Shown here piece after piece: positions 50,613 through 64,000 of a DNA stretch of 64,000 bases. Each line of letters starts with the position of its first letter. Position 1 is the first letter of the stretch. The position numbers and the translations under genes are program-made. The notes below the pieces were generated by a model. That model was not told where the DNA came from and did no database searches. It worked only from the letters and a program-made list of their open reading frames with translations. The DNA is taken from positions 2,081,345 through 2,145,344 of the forward strand of contig MU054400.1 of NCBI GenBank assembly GCA_013239625.1, given 5' to 3'. This DNA comes from Lama guanicoe (lineage: Eukaryota).

Positions 50613-51130
50613 AAGATTGCTTAGGCAGTTTGGGGTCTTGTATGGTTCCATGTAAATTTTGGAATTGTTGTTCTAGTTCTGTGAAGAACGTCATGAGTAT
50701 TTTAACGTAGATTGCTTTGCATAGAACGGCCATTTTGATAATGTTAATTCTTCTAATTCAAGAGCACAAGATATCTTTCCATTTCTCTGTATCATCTTCA
50801 ATTTCTTTCATCAATGTTTTACAGTTTTCAGAGTATAAGTAACCTCCTTGGTTAAGTTTATTTCTAGGTATTTTGTTCCTTTTGATGCAAAGGAAATGTT
50901 TATGCCAGTTATAAAATTCTGGTTTTTGAAGTGAAAAAAAATGAATGAAAGGCCGCAAATGGCAAAATATCCCTCTTTCTTATGGGTGAGTTGTATTCTA
51001 TTACATATATATGCTGCATCTTCTTTAACCATTCATCTTTTGATGTGCACTTAGGATGCTTCTGTATCTTGGCAGTTATAAATAACGTTGCTGTTAATAG
51101 CAGGGTGTATGTATCTTTTTGAATTAATTT
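50613..51130 (-). mobile_element. Inverted L1 ORF2 fragments abutting the ORF1 piece
   Basis: Minus-strand relics FFTELEQ, KYLEINLTKEV, YSENCKTLMKEIEDDTEKWKDILCS. Confidence 0.8.
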
Positions 51131-54100
51131 TTATTTTGTGGTTGGCTTTATTCCTTTGATAACTGTGTAAGTTTAAAAAGCTAAAGCTCTAAACGTTCTT
51201 AGAAACAGTGAACAGTATATATATGTAAATTTAAAAAATATGTGCAGTGTATTGTGTGTATGTATTTACATGCAATACATTGTTTATGTGCAGTCAAACT
51301 GTAACAATTGTACCTAATAAAACTGAAAAATGGAAAAAAGCTAATAATATGCAAAAAAAGATGCCATCTACAAATAAAGATTTCTATTAAAAATAATTGT
51401 CATTGTCTTCCTTTGTTAGTCTTCTACAACATAGAGCTGTATCTCTGAATTATATTATTAAAATTTATATAAATGGTATCAAACTATTACTATTTGATAG
51501 CTTGATTTTCATTAAAGATTATGTTTTTGATATTCATCCAAGTTGCATGTATTGCTATATAGCTCATTCATTTCTCCTACTGATTTTGTTATCACAATTG
51601 AGTTTTGAACATTCTTAAGATGTCTCCAGTGCTTAATCTAAGGCAGAATTTCTAGGATATACTGCCTCCCCATCATCTTCAACTTTAAAAGTTAATGCCA
51701 AAATGTTCTTCAAAACGGTTATGCCAGTTTATGTTATCGGGAGTAGTAAGTTACTTTTGTTCCACCTCCTTACCAGTACTGCATATTGTCTGATTCCTAT
51801 CACTAGTCTTTTCACGTTCCTTCGGTTTTCTCTAGGCACTGCAGTGAAATTAATATTACATAATAGAACTTTTTCATCTGCTCAAAAATTTTCAAAAATT
51901 CTTTACTATCTCCTGACTAAATCATAAATCAGGCTTTTAAATCCTTTACAATCCTTCCAAACCCACCTTGCCAAACTTATACTATGCTCCCCTGTAAACC
52001 TTGTCTTAATTAAATTGGTTTACACTTCACTGCCTCTACTCTTCTACTCATGGCATTCCAATTTCTTCTCTCTCACCTCTACATGTTCAAATCCTACTGT
52101 TCCTTAAATTCCAATTCAAAAGCTATTTTTTCCTAAGAAAGACACAGCTAATCTCTGTTCCTGTGAGTTAGCTTTTTTGGACTTACCACTTTCCTCCTGT
52201 ACAAAAACAATTATCTCTTAAATGCATGCTGTGTGTAACACATTCTGTTAAACATTTTAAATCATAATTGCTAATTTTCCTAATAACAGTACATGAAAGG
52301 CAGGTAATTTCATCCCAATGTAACACAGCTGATAAGCTGCAGAGTTATATTTTGTGTTAATAGGTTTGTTTGATTTCAAAGACTGTCCTCCTCCTACTAA
52401 ACTCTAGTCATTTTGGTTTTATTATATCATTAATATTACTTAAAATTTAACTGAACTTACGTGTACCCAACTTTGCTCTACAAAGGATTTGAGATACCTA
52501 ATTATTTGCTCAAGTATATACTAATATCTTTCTTCCTATCCTACAATATATGAGATGGTTTAAAAAATAAGAAGATATGAACCGCAAAGGGAAAAATAAT
52601 AATCAGTGAAAAAAGAGGTAACAAATATACTAACTATAAATGCTACCATGGTTGCTTGGACTGTACATAAAATTTGGCAGTCAGTCAAGGTAAGACAGGA
52701 AAACTCCAAATTTAACTCAATGCCAGAAAGAAGTTCACGTGTACCTCAGGGCATGCAAGGATTTCTCACTACTAAGTTGAAAATACATGAGAATAATAAG
52801 TTGATAATTCATGTGGTATAGCGTTTTTATAAAGCAATCTTATTGCTGCATTAGAGTAAAAAGTTCTTAAGAGTCTGGATTCTCTTGTGTCTTATATAAC
52901 ACAATACGGTAGATGTTTAATTTTTTGAATGATTGAATTTATCAGAGGAAAACAAAGAGATAATATCCATTAAAGAGAGTAATAGGATGGGAAATGGGCT
53001 TTTGAATTTGGAATGATCACTGTAGAAATTTATTAAAGTCAGAAAGAGATGATAGAAATGAAGATATGGCAAAAGTTACATGGCACTGATTTTCAGAAGA
53101 AAACATGAGCACTGTTTTTAAAAAAAAATATTGTCTAGCAATACCAATTAATACCAAAATTAAATTACAAGTGAGAGCCAATGCTGTGTACTGGCGAGAA
53201 GGTTACACCGGAAAATCAAGAAAGTAAGGGAAAGCGTTCATGTAATTGTTTACCGCAAGCTCCCAGCTGGGAGAACAGTTATTGATGGACTGGAGGTCAA
53301 TATAAGGTAAAGAACAGGTTCATAACTTAAGAGGAAGTAAAAGAAAAGACTGGTGGTGTGGTGAGAAAAATGAATGCAGACTTAAAAATCTCTACATGAT
53401 GACATCTTTTCTTTGTTTTTTTCCAAACAATATTTTTAAAATGTGAATACCATTCTTAGCATGTGAGCCTTACAAAAATAGACTACTGCCAAAGTTCGCA
53501 ACCATGGTCTGCAGGATAAAATTCTAATTTCTTAGTTTCATATTAAAAAGATCTCTGTAATCTAGATTCAATCTATTTCTCTAGTCATGTTATCCCACAC
53601 TCACTTAAGTCTATACTTAGATACAGAATTTTCCTGTTTCCTGGTTATTCAGTCTAAGGCCTTTCATAGCTCTGGGCCATGGCTCTTGCAGTTCCCTTAG
53701 ATTTCTCCATTTCTCAAAATCCAACCCAAATGTCGCTTCCTTATATATCTTTCCCAATTCACCCAAGGAGTAACCTTTTCCATTCAAAATCTCTTTTTTA
53801 GTGTCCATCTCTCTCTTAAAGCCTTCATCATGCTGAATGATACTCTCTTTACAGGTCTACGTCCTCTTATCCCCACTACTCTGAGGGTCTAAAGCAAGAA
53901 CAGTCTTACCCATCTTGGTATTCCCACTCCCTACACTGGTGCCTAAAAATATACCCAGCATATAGAACATGCTCAATAAATATGCATCAATTAATTAAGT
54001 ACCTCATACTTTTTAATATAAATATCTATGTGTAATGATGACTAAGACTGTAACTTTATACAATCATAACTGGATTTCACTGCTTATGTTTTTTAAAAAA

Positions 54101-54149
54101 AGAAAAATAATTTCACTGTGATTTTAAGAGAATTTTCTATTTTACATGC

Positions 54150-54302
54150 CTGGTTGTGCTCATGAGCTGTGCAATTATCTGTTCCATTATATTCTGTAAG
54201 CTGTTCTCTTCTTTTTTCTCTAATAAGAATTTTATGAACATCATCTTCCAGTCTATTGAAGAATCCTCCATCATGTGATAAAGTCTGAGAAGAACTCAAT
54301 TC
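54150..54302 (-). CDS. GKAP1: G kinase-anchoring protein 1, internal coding exon (153 nt, ELSSSQTL...AHEHNQ); upstream exons lie right of the window
   Basis: Peptide [51 protein letters not shown] matches recalled GKAP1. Acceptor ttttgacag; donor CAG|GCATGT (GC). Confidence 0.93.
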
Positions 54303-54559
54303 CTGTCAAAAATGAATTAAGATTTACTATCAATCAACACAAAAGTGCATGCATTTAATAAACCTGGTCAGCTCCTAGAAGGATAGAGAATGAAAGAAAA
54401 ATGATAACTAAGAGATAACCAACCATCTGATTTTTCTCTATCTCCAGAAGATAACCAATAGAGACACATTTGCAGATGTCTTTTTCTTACTACATATTTT
54501 TTGAGTTGGGTACTGCTTAATTTTAAAATTATATTTTTACCCATTTACCAAAAAATTTA

Positions 54560-55845
54560 CTCATTTAATTTGCACAGTTCAATTTTAATATATTCACAGA
54601 CTTGTGCAACCATAACCCTTTCATAAAGTTTCATCAGACCAAAAATAAACCCAGAATCCCCCCCTTCCTTCCTAAAACCTCCCCAGTTGTTCCCTTGGCA
54701 ACACTAATCTACTTTCTATCTGTATAGATTTGGCTATTCTGGACATCTAATATAAATGGAATCATACAATATATGGTCTTTTGTGACTAACTTCTTTCAC
54801 TTAGCAAAATGTTTTCAAGGTTCATCCATATCATAGCACCTATCAGCACTTCATTCTTTACTGGCAAATAATATCCCATTGATGGATACACATTTTATTT
54901 CTCCATTCATCGGCTGATGGACATTTGGGTTGTTTCTATTTTTTGACTGTTATGAATAAAGCTGCTACAAACATTCATGTCCAAGTTTTTGCGTAGACAT
55001 GCTTTCAGTTCTCTCGGGTATATACCTGGAAGTAGAATTGCTGGGACATATGGTAACGCTATGTGTAACCCTTTGAAAAATTGCCTGACGGTTTTCCAAA
55101 GCAACCATACTGTTTTACAGTCCTATCAACGTATTGATGTATGAGGGTTCTGATTTCTCCATATTCTCACACTTAATATGTATCTTTTTTGATTATGGCC
55201 ACCCTTGTGGGTATGAAGTGGTGTTTCACTGTGATTTTGAATTGCATTTCCCTGATGGCTAATTGTGCTGAGCATCTTTTCATGTGCTTATAGGACATTT
55301 GTGATCTTTTCAGAAAAATGTTTACTCAGATCCTTTGCCCAATTTTTAACTGAGTTACTTTTTATTTCTAAATTGTAGGAGTTCTTTATATACTCTAGAT
55401 ACAAGTCTTTTAGCAGATATATGATTTGTAAATATTTTCTCCCATTCCGTGGGTTGTCTTCACATTCTTGATAGTGTCCTCTGCATCACAAAAGTTTTTA
55501 ATTTTGATGACGTTCAGTTTATCCAAGAAACCACTGCCTAATTCAGGGTCACAAAGACTTATTCATATATATTCTTCTAAGAGCTTTATAGTTTTAGCTC
55601 TTACAAATTTAGGTTTGTAATCCATTTTGAGTTATTTTTTGTGTATAGTGTAAAGAAAGGGTCCAAATTCATTCTTCTGCATGTGGGTATCCAGCATCAC
55701 TTGTTAAGAAGACTATTCATTTCCCAATGAATTTTCTTGGCACCCTTGTCCAAAATCAACTGAACACATGTTGAAGGGTTTCTTTCTGAACTCTTTATTC
55801 TGTCAACCTTTATATCTATCCCTATGCCATACCACACTGTCTTAA
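54560..55845 (-). mobile_element. Old L1 (L1MB-like) 3' fragment in a GKAP1 intron
   Basis: Peptide WKTVRQFFKGLHIALPYVPAILLPGIYPRELK; L1M 3' UTR motifs. Confidence 0.8.
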
Positions 55846-57581
55846 CTACAGAAGACTTGTATTGCCCAATCTTTTATAATATATTTAAAAATAACGTTTA
55901 CATAAATTCTACACACCAGTGATAAAAAGATAAAAATCTCTTTTTATCACAGTCTACTCAATTATATAAAATTAGAGATTTTATAGCTCTCCATGAGAAG
56001 CATCATTTCCTTTCTAACTTCCTGTTATAAGACAGAGACTGAAAAAAGTGTTCCTCTCACTCCCATTGGTTTTACCTATGTCCCACATTCGTGAGCTTTA
56101 ACAGTCCCAGTTTTATCCATTTCAAATGTATTTGTGAGCAAATGACCCAACAGTTCAATGACTGTTCATCCTTTTCTTAACATCATCTTAAAGTATTTGA
56201 AAGAAAAATAAAATTATTTATCAGCGCTTAATATATAACAACATTTAAAATGTACAGCACTTTATAGTTTGCAAAGTTCTTACAGAAACATCCCTTTATT
56301 TGAATCTCATCAGCACCATAAGAAATTGAAAGAGCAAGAATAATTTCCCCACAAAGTAACCATGGCCACAGGAAAGTGACATAACTTGCCCATGAGTCAT
56401 TGTATTGTTAAGTGGTACAGATGTAACTCTAAGTCTACTGCTTTATAAGATACTTCTGGTATCTTGTACGATTTCATTTTAAGCAATAAATACAGCAATG
56501 CTTAAAACACTGCTGAGCTTCTATGGAAGGTATAGCATGATAATGGCAACTAATCAGCCTCTGGATTTCACTTCCTTAAAGACTGCAGTACTAGCCAATG
56601 TCCTGTTTTTTGATGGCTGCTACCAATACTAGCACACCTACCCCAAAGGGTACTCTGTCCTTGATTTTTTTAAGGCATACAATTTCTTTCCAGCCTAAGA
56701 AGAGAAAACACTTCATAACTCATTTTATGAGGCCAGCATAATCCTGATATCCAAGCTAGACAAAGACACTACAAGAAAACTTAACAATTTATCCCGCCCC
56801 CTTTTTTGCTAGGTATTTTAAAGTACTGACATGACATTTCATCTCAAAATTCACATGCAACTAGCTACAAAAAAATTTTTTTTCTGATTTAACCATAATG
56901 TCAGCACATCTAACAAAAATATTCCTTCATATCATCTTATGCCTAGTTTATATTTAAATTTCTTCAATTGTATAAAAATATCTTCTATTGCTAATCTAAT
57001 TAGGGTCTAAACATTACATTGGCCATTTCTTAAATCTTCTATAATCTAGAACATCCCCTCCCCACACTCCACTTTTTCTTCTCCAGAATACTTTCCTGTT
57101 GAGGAGATCAGGCCAGTTGTTCTACAAAATATGCATCTTCTAGGTTTGCCTGTTGCTTCCACTAGGTATCTAATCCCTATATTTCCTGTAAAATGGAAGT
57201 CAGATCTTCCGACTTGATGTATATATAGCTTAAAGATTTTTGGCAGGAGTAGTTTGCTTGATTTTAAGTTTTGTTAAATTAGTATCACTCTGATAAAGTC
57301 TTCTAAGACTTTTTCACTCAACATTCTCTTTTGGATTGATCCATTTTGTTGCCTAGAGTTATATAATCATTTTCATTACTGTATAAACCATTGTGATTAT
57401 AATTAAAATTTATCCATTCTACTGAACATCTACATTTGGATTTTTTTCAAAGGTTTTTTTTTTTTTGGCCTGGGCTATTACACATTTATAAACATTCCTG
57501 TACACAGTTCTCAAGATACATGGGCAAGTTTCTCTAGGGCATGTATCCCTAATAAGAGAACTGACAAGTCTTAAGTTATAT

Positions 57582-57797
57582 CAGTTGTCAGCAAACTATG
57601 GCCCGAAAGGGGCCTGCTGCAGTTTTTTGTAAATAAAGTTTTACTGGAACACATCCATGCTTACTCATTTATCTACTGCCTGTGGCTATTTCTGTACTAC
57701 ATGGCAGAGTTCAGGAGCTTTGACAGAGATCTGATATGCCCCGAAGTCTGAAATATTTGCTACCTGGCCCTTTACAGAAAATTTTTACTGACTCCTG
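57582..57797. mobile_element. MER58A-like hAT MITE
   Basis: cagttgtcagcaaactatggccc...gtaaataaagttttactggaacac...tggccctttacagaaa. Confidence 0.78.
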
Positions 57798-58569
57798 GGT
57801 TAAAATGTATATTCAACTTTCCAAGAACACCAAACTTATAGAAAATATTTGTAGCAATTTACATTCCGACTAATCCATAACTCCACTGATCTGTAACATC
57901 TGAATCCTGGTATTTTCTAACTTCCTAATTTTTGACTACCTGTTGAGTAGGGAAAAAACAGTATCTCAGTGTGGTCTTAACTTGCATTTCTCCAACAGTA
58001 GCAAAGTTAGACATTTTTTTCATGTCTTTAGCTATTCATATTTCCCGGTTTTGTAAAATGCCTGATGTTTCTTAGCTATTTTTTAAAATTTCTAAATTAT
58101 GAGAAAGAAAGAAAACAAGACAGCAATATCTTTTTTAACCATGTGATAGTTCTTTCTGTATCTGGACACTAATCCAGTTCTATGTTTTGAAAATAGGTTC
58201 TCTCAATTTGTGCCTTGTCTTCTAAATTTCTTTTTAGTATTTTTGTGGAAAATAAGTTATTTATTTTGAATGGCATCCAATTTATCCACTTTTCATTTTA
58301 TAGTGTTTTTGTTGTTTTTCCCTACCCCAGGCCAGAAATACATTCTCCTATATTTTACACTTCTAAAGGTGGTAAAATTTGTCTTTCACATACAAGTATT
58401 TATCTATGTAGAACAGATTTTAAAGCATGACAGAAGGTGGAGATCCAATTTGATTTTTTTCTTAATATAACTAACAGCTGTCCCTTGCTTTTTCATACAT
58501 AAACCATTATGATGTGATGTACAGATTGCAACATTAGGACAGGAATAAATCAACCAATGGATCAGAATA

Positions 58570-58880
58570 CAGGCATACCTCATTTTATTGTGACTTGCTT
58601 TATTGTGCTCCATAAATAATTATGTTTTTGACAAATCAAAGGTTTCTAGCAACTTTCTGTGGTTGGATGATGGTTAGCATTTTTTTTTAGCAATAAAGAT
58701 TAAGGTATGAACATTTCTAATATATAATGCTCATGCACACTTAACAAAACTACACTATAGTGTAAACATAACTTTTATATGCACTAGGAAACCAAAAATT
58801 CATGTGACTCATTTTACTGCAGTATTTGTTTTATTGCAGTGGTCTGGAACTGAACTAGCATTATCTCCTAGGTATGAGTG
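58570..58880. mobile_element. Tigger1 internal-deletion derivative
   Basis: TA|CAGGCATACCT ... AGGTATGAGTG|TA. Confidence 0.78.
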
Positions 58881-59095
58881 TAATTTTCAGTATACAGGTC
58901 TTTAACCTCTTTGGTTAAATGTATTCCTAGGTATTATATTTTTCTGATGCAACTGCAAATGGAACTGTTTTCTTAATTTCTCTTTCTGATGGTTATCAGT
59001 GTACAGAAATGCAAGAGATTTCAGTATATTGGTTTTGTATCCTGCATCTTCACTGAATTCATTTATTAGCTTCAACAGGTTTTTAGTGAAGTCTT

Positions 59096-59346
59096 TAGTT
59101 AACCCTTGAGCAATCGAGTTTGAACTATGTGGGACCACTTATATGTGAATTTTTTTCAATAATAAATACTCCAGTACTATATGATCTGTAGGTGGTTGAA
59201 TCTGTGGATATGGAACTCCAGATACAGAGGAACCTCTAATATGGAGGAACCCCATATACAAACGGCCAAATACAAATTACACATGACTTTTCTGACGGTG
59301 CAGAGGGTTGGCACCTCTAACCTCTGCACTGGTCAAGGGTTACCTG
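59096..59346. mobile_element. Tigger2a-like MITE nested in an L1 ORF2 fragment (~58896-59460, minus)
   Basis: tagttaacccttga ... tcaagggttacctg termini; L1 sequence continues on both sides. Confidence 0.72.
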
Positions 59347-61283
59347 TGGTATCATGACATCTGCAAATAGTTATAGTTTCACTACTACTTTTCCAATTTG
59401 GATGCCTTTTCTTTCTTTTTCTTGACTGCTTTGGCTAGGACTTCCAATACTATGTTGAACCAAACTGTTTAATACAGTTTACCTCTTCAGAAGCAGTGTG
59501 CAATTCATTATTCCATATCCTCACCAACACTTCAAATCATTAGACTTTCATTTTTGCTAACCTAGAGGGTAAATAATATTCTCATTGTCATTTTAATTTG
59601 CATTTCCCTGATTACAAATGAGGCTGAACATCTTTTTGTATCTTTTTACACCATGAAATATCCTCTTTTGTGAGTATGTCTTTTTTCACTTGTCCTTCAG
59701 TTGAATTCTCCTCTGGAAAAAAATCTTTTCTTACTCTGAAGATCATCCTTTCACTTTCCTAACATACTTCGATGAAAAGAAGTCCTTGATTTAACGCATA
59801 AATTTAAAGCCAGTGGGTTTTGTGTCTTTCCTACCCTAAAGTCATAAACATATTCTTCCTATATTTGCACCTAAAAGATTTGTAACAGTGCCTTTGACTT
59901 TTGGGTCTCTGATCCACTGTGGATGAATTTTTGTGTATGATGTGAAGTAACAGTCCAACCTTTTTTCCATAAATATATTCAGTGGGCTCCCCCAAACCAA
60001 CTTACTTTAAAAGGTTCATCCTTTTCATAGTAATACTCCGTTATCACTCTGTTATAGATCAAGGGGAGCACCATCGTGCTAAGTGTAAGAAGTCACAAAA
60101 GACCACATATTGTATGATTCCATTTATACAAAATGTCCAGAATAGGCAAATATATATAAACAGAATGTAGATTAGTAGTTGCTTAGGCAGGGTTGGGCAG
60201 GGCAAAAGGAGTATGGGGAGTGGACTGGTAATGGGCACAAGGTTTCTCTGGGGGATGATGGAAATATTGTAAAATTAGATGGCTACATGTGCTGTTTCTC
60301 TTTTGCCACACTTGAGTGCTTTGAACTTACTCCAAGAAGAAGTCTAAATAATGATATATGAGCATCATGTTAAAGACTACATTATATATGGGGTAAGTCT
60401 ACTTTCTTCTCTCTCCTAGAATAGACCCCGGTGGATTCAAGTCTTGAAGTTGAACTGGCAGATGAATTAAAACCTATGTGCCTCTGTTACAGTGTTATAA
60501 AAATATACAGGAGAAGCAGACCGAAAAAGGCTAGAGAAAGTTTTAGTAAGAAGGCTGAACATTCACTTATCAACCAATATTCATTTACAGTATCTACTAT
60601 GTGAAAGGAGTTAGGACTACCAGAGAAACTAAATCAAAAGCATATGGCCCCAGACTTCCAAGAACTCAAATACTAGTGAAGAAGCAAAACCCTGATTAAA
60701 CAGGGTGTTGAGTGCCATGAGTATACACAGGGTGTTCTGGGAATCTAAATAAGACTATGATTAGGAAACCCTTCCAGGAAAAAGTGACTCTTTGGTCTAT
60801 TTCTGAAGCATAGTTAGTTAGCCAAATAAAGAAAGATGGAAGGGGTATGATGTCACCAAAATGGCAACACAGGTTGTTCCCGATTTCCCTCCCCCTCACA
60901 AGAACTAACTACTATTCATGGACAAGACATCACTGAGAAAGTTGGAAGGGAAGAATACATAGGAGGCAAGGTATGAAAAAATATAGCATGTTCAGAAAAA
61001 CTCTAAATACTCTTGCATGGCTTGACACAGAGTCAATCCTGAAATGCGAGGATTTTAAAATGTAGTAAGAGAAGGGCAATAGCTGAGGTACTACCGGTTT
61101 CATAAGCCCTATCATTCAATTATTACCATACGTATGTATTACTGAAGTAAAATTTTAAACTTAGTGAAGAATGAGATCTAAAGAAATACTGGATCAGTCA
61201 CTATTAGCTGCTAAAAGCACTGCACGAAAGTCTGATGGGAAATGTTATATTGGCTCACAACACCTGAACCCACTGATCAATTT

Positions 61284-62284
61284 TTAAAAAAATTTTTTTA
61301 GAATAGCCTTAGATTTACAGAAAAGCTGCAGATAGTACAGAGTTTCCAGCTGTCTCTCACCCAATTTCCCCTGTTGATAACATCTTACATTACTATGGTA
61401 CCATTTGTTACAACTAAGGAACCAACACTGGTACATTACTATTAATTATGCTCCACACTTTTTTCGTATTTCTCTAAGACTAGTTTCTCGTAATGTTCTT
61501 TTTCTGGTCCAAGATCCCATTCAGGATATATTACATTTAGTTATCATGTCTCTTTAGCCTTCTCTGGTCCATGATGGTTCCTCAGCCTTTGTTTTTGATG
61601 ACCTTGATATTTTCAAGGAATACTGGAATAATGGTCAGGTATTTTGTAGAATGTCCCTTGATTTTGGTTTGCTGGATATTTTTCTCATAATTAGACATGT
61701 ATTTTTATGGGGAAAACCACAGAGGAATAGGTTATTCTCATCACGTCATATCAAGGGTACATGCTGTTAACATGAATTATCACGAATAGTATTAACATTG
61801 ATCGCCTGCTCAAGGTTGTGTCTGCCAGGTTTCTCCAGTGCAAAGTTACTTTCCCTCCCTTTCTGTATTCTACTCTTTGGAAGCAAGTTACTAAGTGTAG
61901 CCCGCACTCAAGGGAAGTGGAGGGAGTTAAGCTCCCTCTCCTGGAGGAGGAATATCTGCCTAAATCATTTGGAATTTTCTGTATGGGAGATTGTCTCTTG
62001 TGTCCCACTGATTTATTCAAATCACTTATTCACATTGGTGTTGACTCACAGATTTTATTTTGTTTCTCAAATTGTCCCAGCTCTGGCCACTGGAGGTATT
62101 TCACATCGGTTCCTATGTCCCTCTGACGGCCCCCAAGTGCCTGTCCTTTCATTTTTTGAGTACTTCCTTATTTTCTGGCACTACCAGATGCTCCAGGCTC
62201 ATCTTACATATACTCTCCTGCAGCTCTAGAAGAAGAGCCATTTTTCCAAGGAATCCTGGTTCCTTTTATTGGAGAATGGTAGAA
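61284..62284 (-). mobile_element. Old L1 3' UTR insertion with TSD
   Basis: CCACTGATCAA(T/C)TT at 61270-61283 and 62285-62298; agatttacagaaaagctgcagatagtacagag 3'-end motif. Confidence 0.62.
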
Positions 62285-64000
62285 CCACTGATCAACTTCA
62301 ACATCATAACAATAACCAGACATTCTACGTCCCCTGATGCTGATATGAGAGGAAGCGTGACATACCACCCAGGAAATATTTTTGCTTCCCTCATCTCCTC
62401 AAAAAAACCAAACCAAAACAAAACAAACTGAACTTGATTCAAAAGTTAATTAACATTTTACAGGAAATCTTGTAAAGATGTAACTGCAAGAGTCCCCAGT
62501 AATCATGTGAACTATTATGAGGTAAAGCCATAAATGGCAACTGAGACTTGGGAGCAAAATGAAGAGCCCTAAAGCTACATAAACCCATGGCTTCAGCCAG
62601 CTATGAGGCCAGCTCTTTCCTTTTCCTCCATGGCTTAGCATATGAACTAAGTAAGTGTCTCTTTTTTGCTTTTGATGAATTGAGTTTGGCTTCTGTTACC
62701 TGTTACTATAGAGAGCAAACAAGTATAATAGATACAAATAAAACGCAAAGGAACAAAAATAGATTCAGGACATTGAGAGCAGTAGTATATAGGTTGAATT
62801 GCTTAGGTAGCACCAGATTTTAGGTGAGATTTTTAAAAGCTAGAGAGAATTTATTTGCTTTTAAAATTTAATGATCTATTATTACTATTCTCTTCTGTTT
62901 TGGTAGTGTGATAGGGTTCACTTTTTGGCATACAATATTTATTTCAATCACACATTGATGATTTATCATAATTTTAGAAATCAACAGATCCCATCTTACT
63001 TTTCAGCTAATATAATTAGGGCCTCAAATGAATAAATTATTTACACAGCCTCACATATCCACAGTAGACATGCTGAAAGCATAGTGCAATAAAAAGGAGA
63101 TAGGCTGTGCAGCCAGATGTGACCGGATTTCTTCCCTGGTTCCCTCTCTCACCCTTTTCTCTCAGTGCTTTTTATTTTTTAACCTTGATTATTATTTTTA
63201 TTGATACATAGTTGAAATACAATACTATATAAATTACAAGTGTACAATGCAGTGCCAATGCTTTTTATTTTTAACGTAAATTTTTTAACAGGTAGTAAGT
63301 ACACAGACATGATAGAAAATTCAAAAACTTACACTTGTGAAAGGCAAGCCCTTCTCCTATCCCTGTCCCAGTAACCCCTCCTTCCCCACTCTTTGGCAAC
63401 CACTGTTAACAACTTCTTGGTTACTTTTCTAGAAATGGTGTATTTAGGCATATCGACGACTTGGCCTTTCAGACGTCAAGGCACAAGATGATCACTAAAA
63501 TTTTGATGTTACTGAATGGCATTAGAAGGATTGGAGTTGGGAGGGCCTGATGAAAGTGGACTAATGAGAAGGGAGTTGCTATGAGACACTCCACCCAACA
63601 GCACAGGCGTTTAAAAAGGAGGCAACTTAAAATTTGAAACAAACAACTTTCAGGATCAAATAATGTTCATTAAAGGCATGATCAGTTGAGGTTTTTAAGA
63701 GGTATGTACAAGCACCTATTCTATTATTCACTTTCTTTGTCTAGATTTCTCTTGAGATCTTCTTGACCATTATAGGGAATGATAGGAAGGGTACTGGTGT
63801 AATAGTGTTACATCTCCTGGACATGTAAAGAAGAAAATTTAATTGCTCCCATTTTCTACTCTTGCAAGAGTCATTTTTATTCTAATTGTTTTAGGGTGAG
63901 AGAGATCACAAAGAATTGGGACTGAAGAGAAAACACTGAGAATAACACATGACCAAGATGGATGGAGAAAGAAAAGGGGGAATGATGAAATTAAGCGGAG

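Noticed and set aside
61751..62431. Cluster of 89-143 aa ORFs
   Set aside because: Mostly within an old L1 3' UTR; no splice or homology support
54303..64000. Next upstream GKAP1 exon (short DHISKKTE-like exon)
   Set aside because: Not found by eye; probably beyond the window end

Overview
Mammalian (eutherian) genomic DNA, very probably a camelid, judged from a tRNA-Ala-derived SINE resembling vic-1 and from young L1 3' ends. Two protein-coding genes lie on the minus strand. The first is UBQLN1: its CpG-island promoter, first coding exon (4773-4952) and the start of intron 1. The second is GKAP1: its last six coding exons (54302 to 35361, 171 aa plus stop) and 3' UTR; one of its introns has a non-canonical GC donor. 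The roughly 30 kb between them and the introns are mostly transposon relics. The most notable object is a decayed two-LTR provirus (~10114-17864, minus). It has ERV-L/class III-type pro, RNase H and integrase remnants and no visible RT core, but it carries a recognisable gamma-type env (CWGC, ISD-like segment, CX6[S]C, membrane anchor). A young L1 carrying a ~590 bp 3' transduction inserted into the env CX6CC motif, and an MLT1 sits in the 3' LTR. A short retrocopy of an unidentified mRNA 3' end is at 18347-18520. Repeat family names are from recalled consensus sequences, not a database search, and repeat boundaries are approximate unless TSDs or TIRs are quoted.
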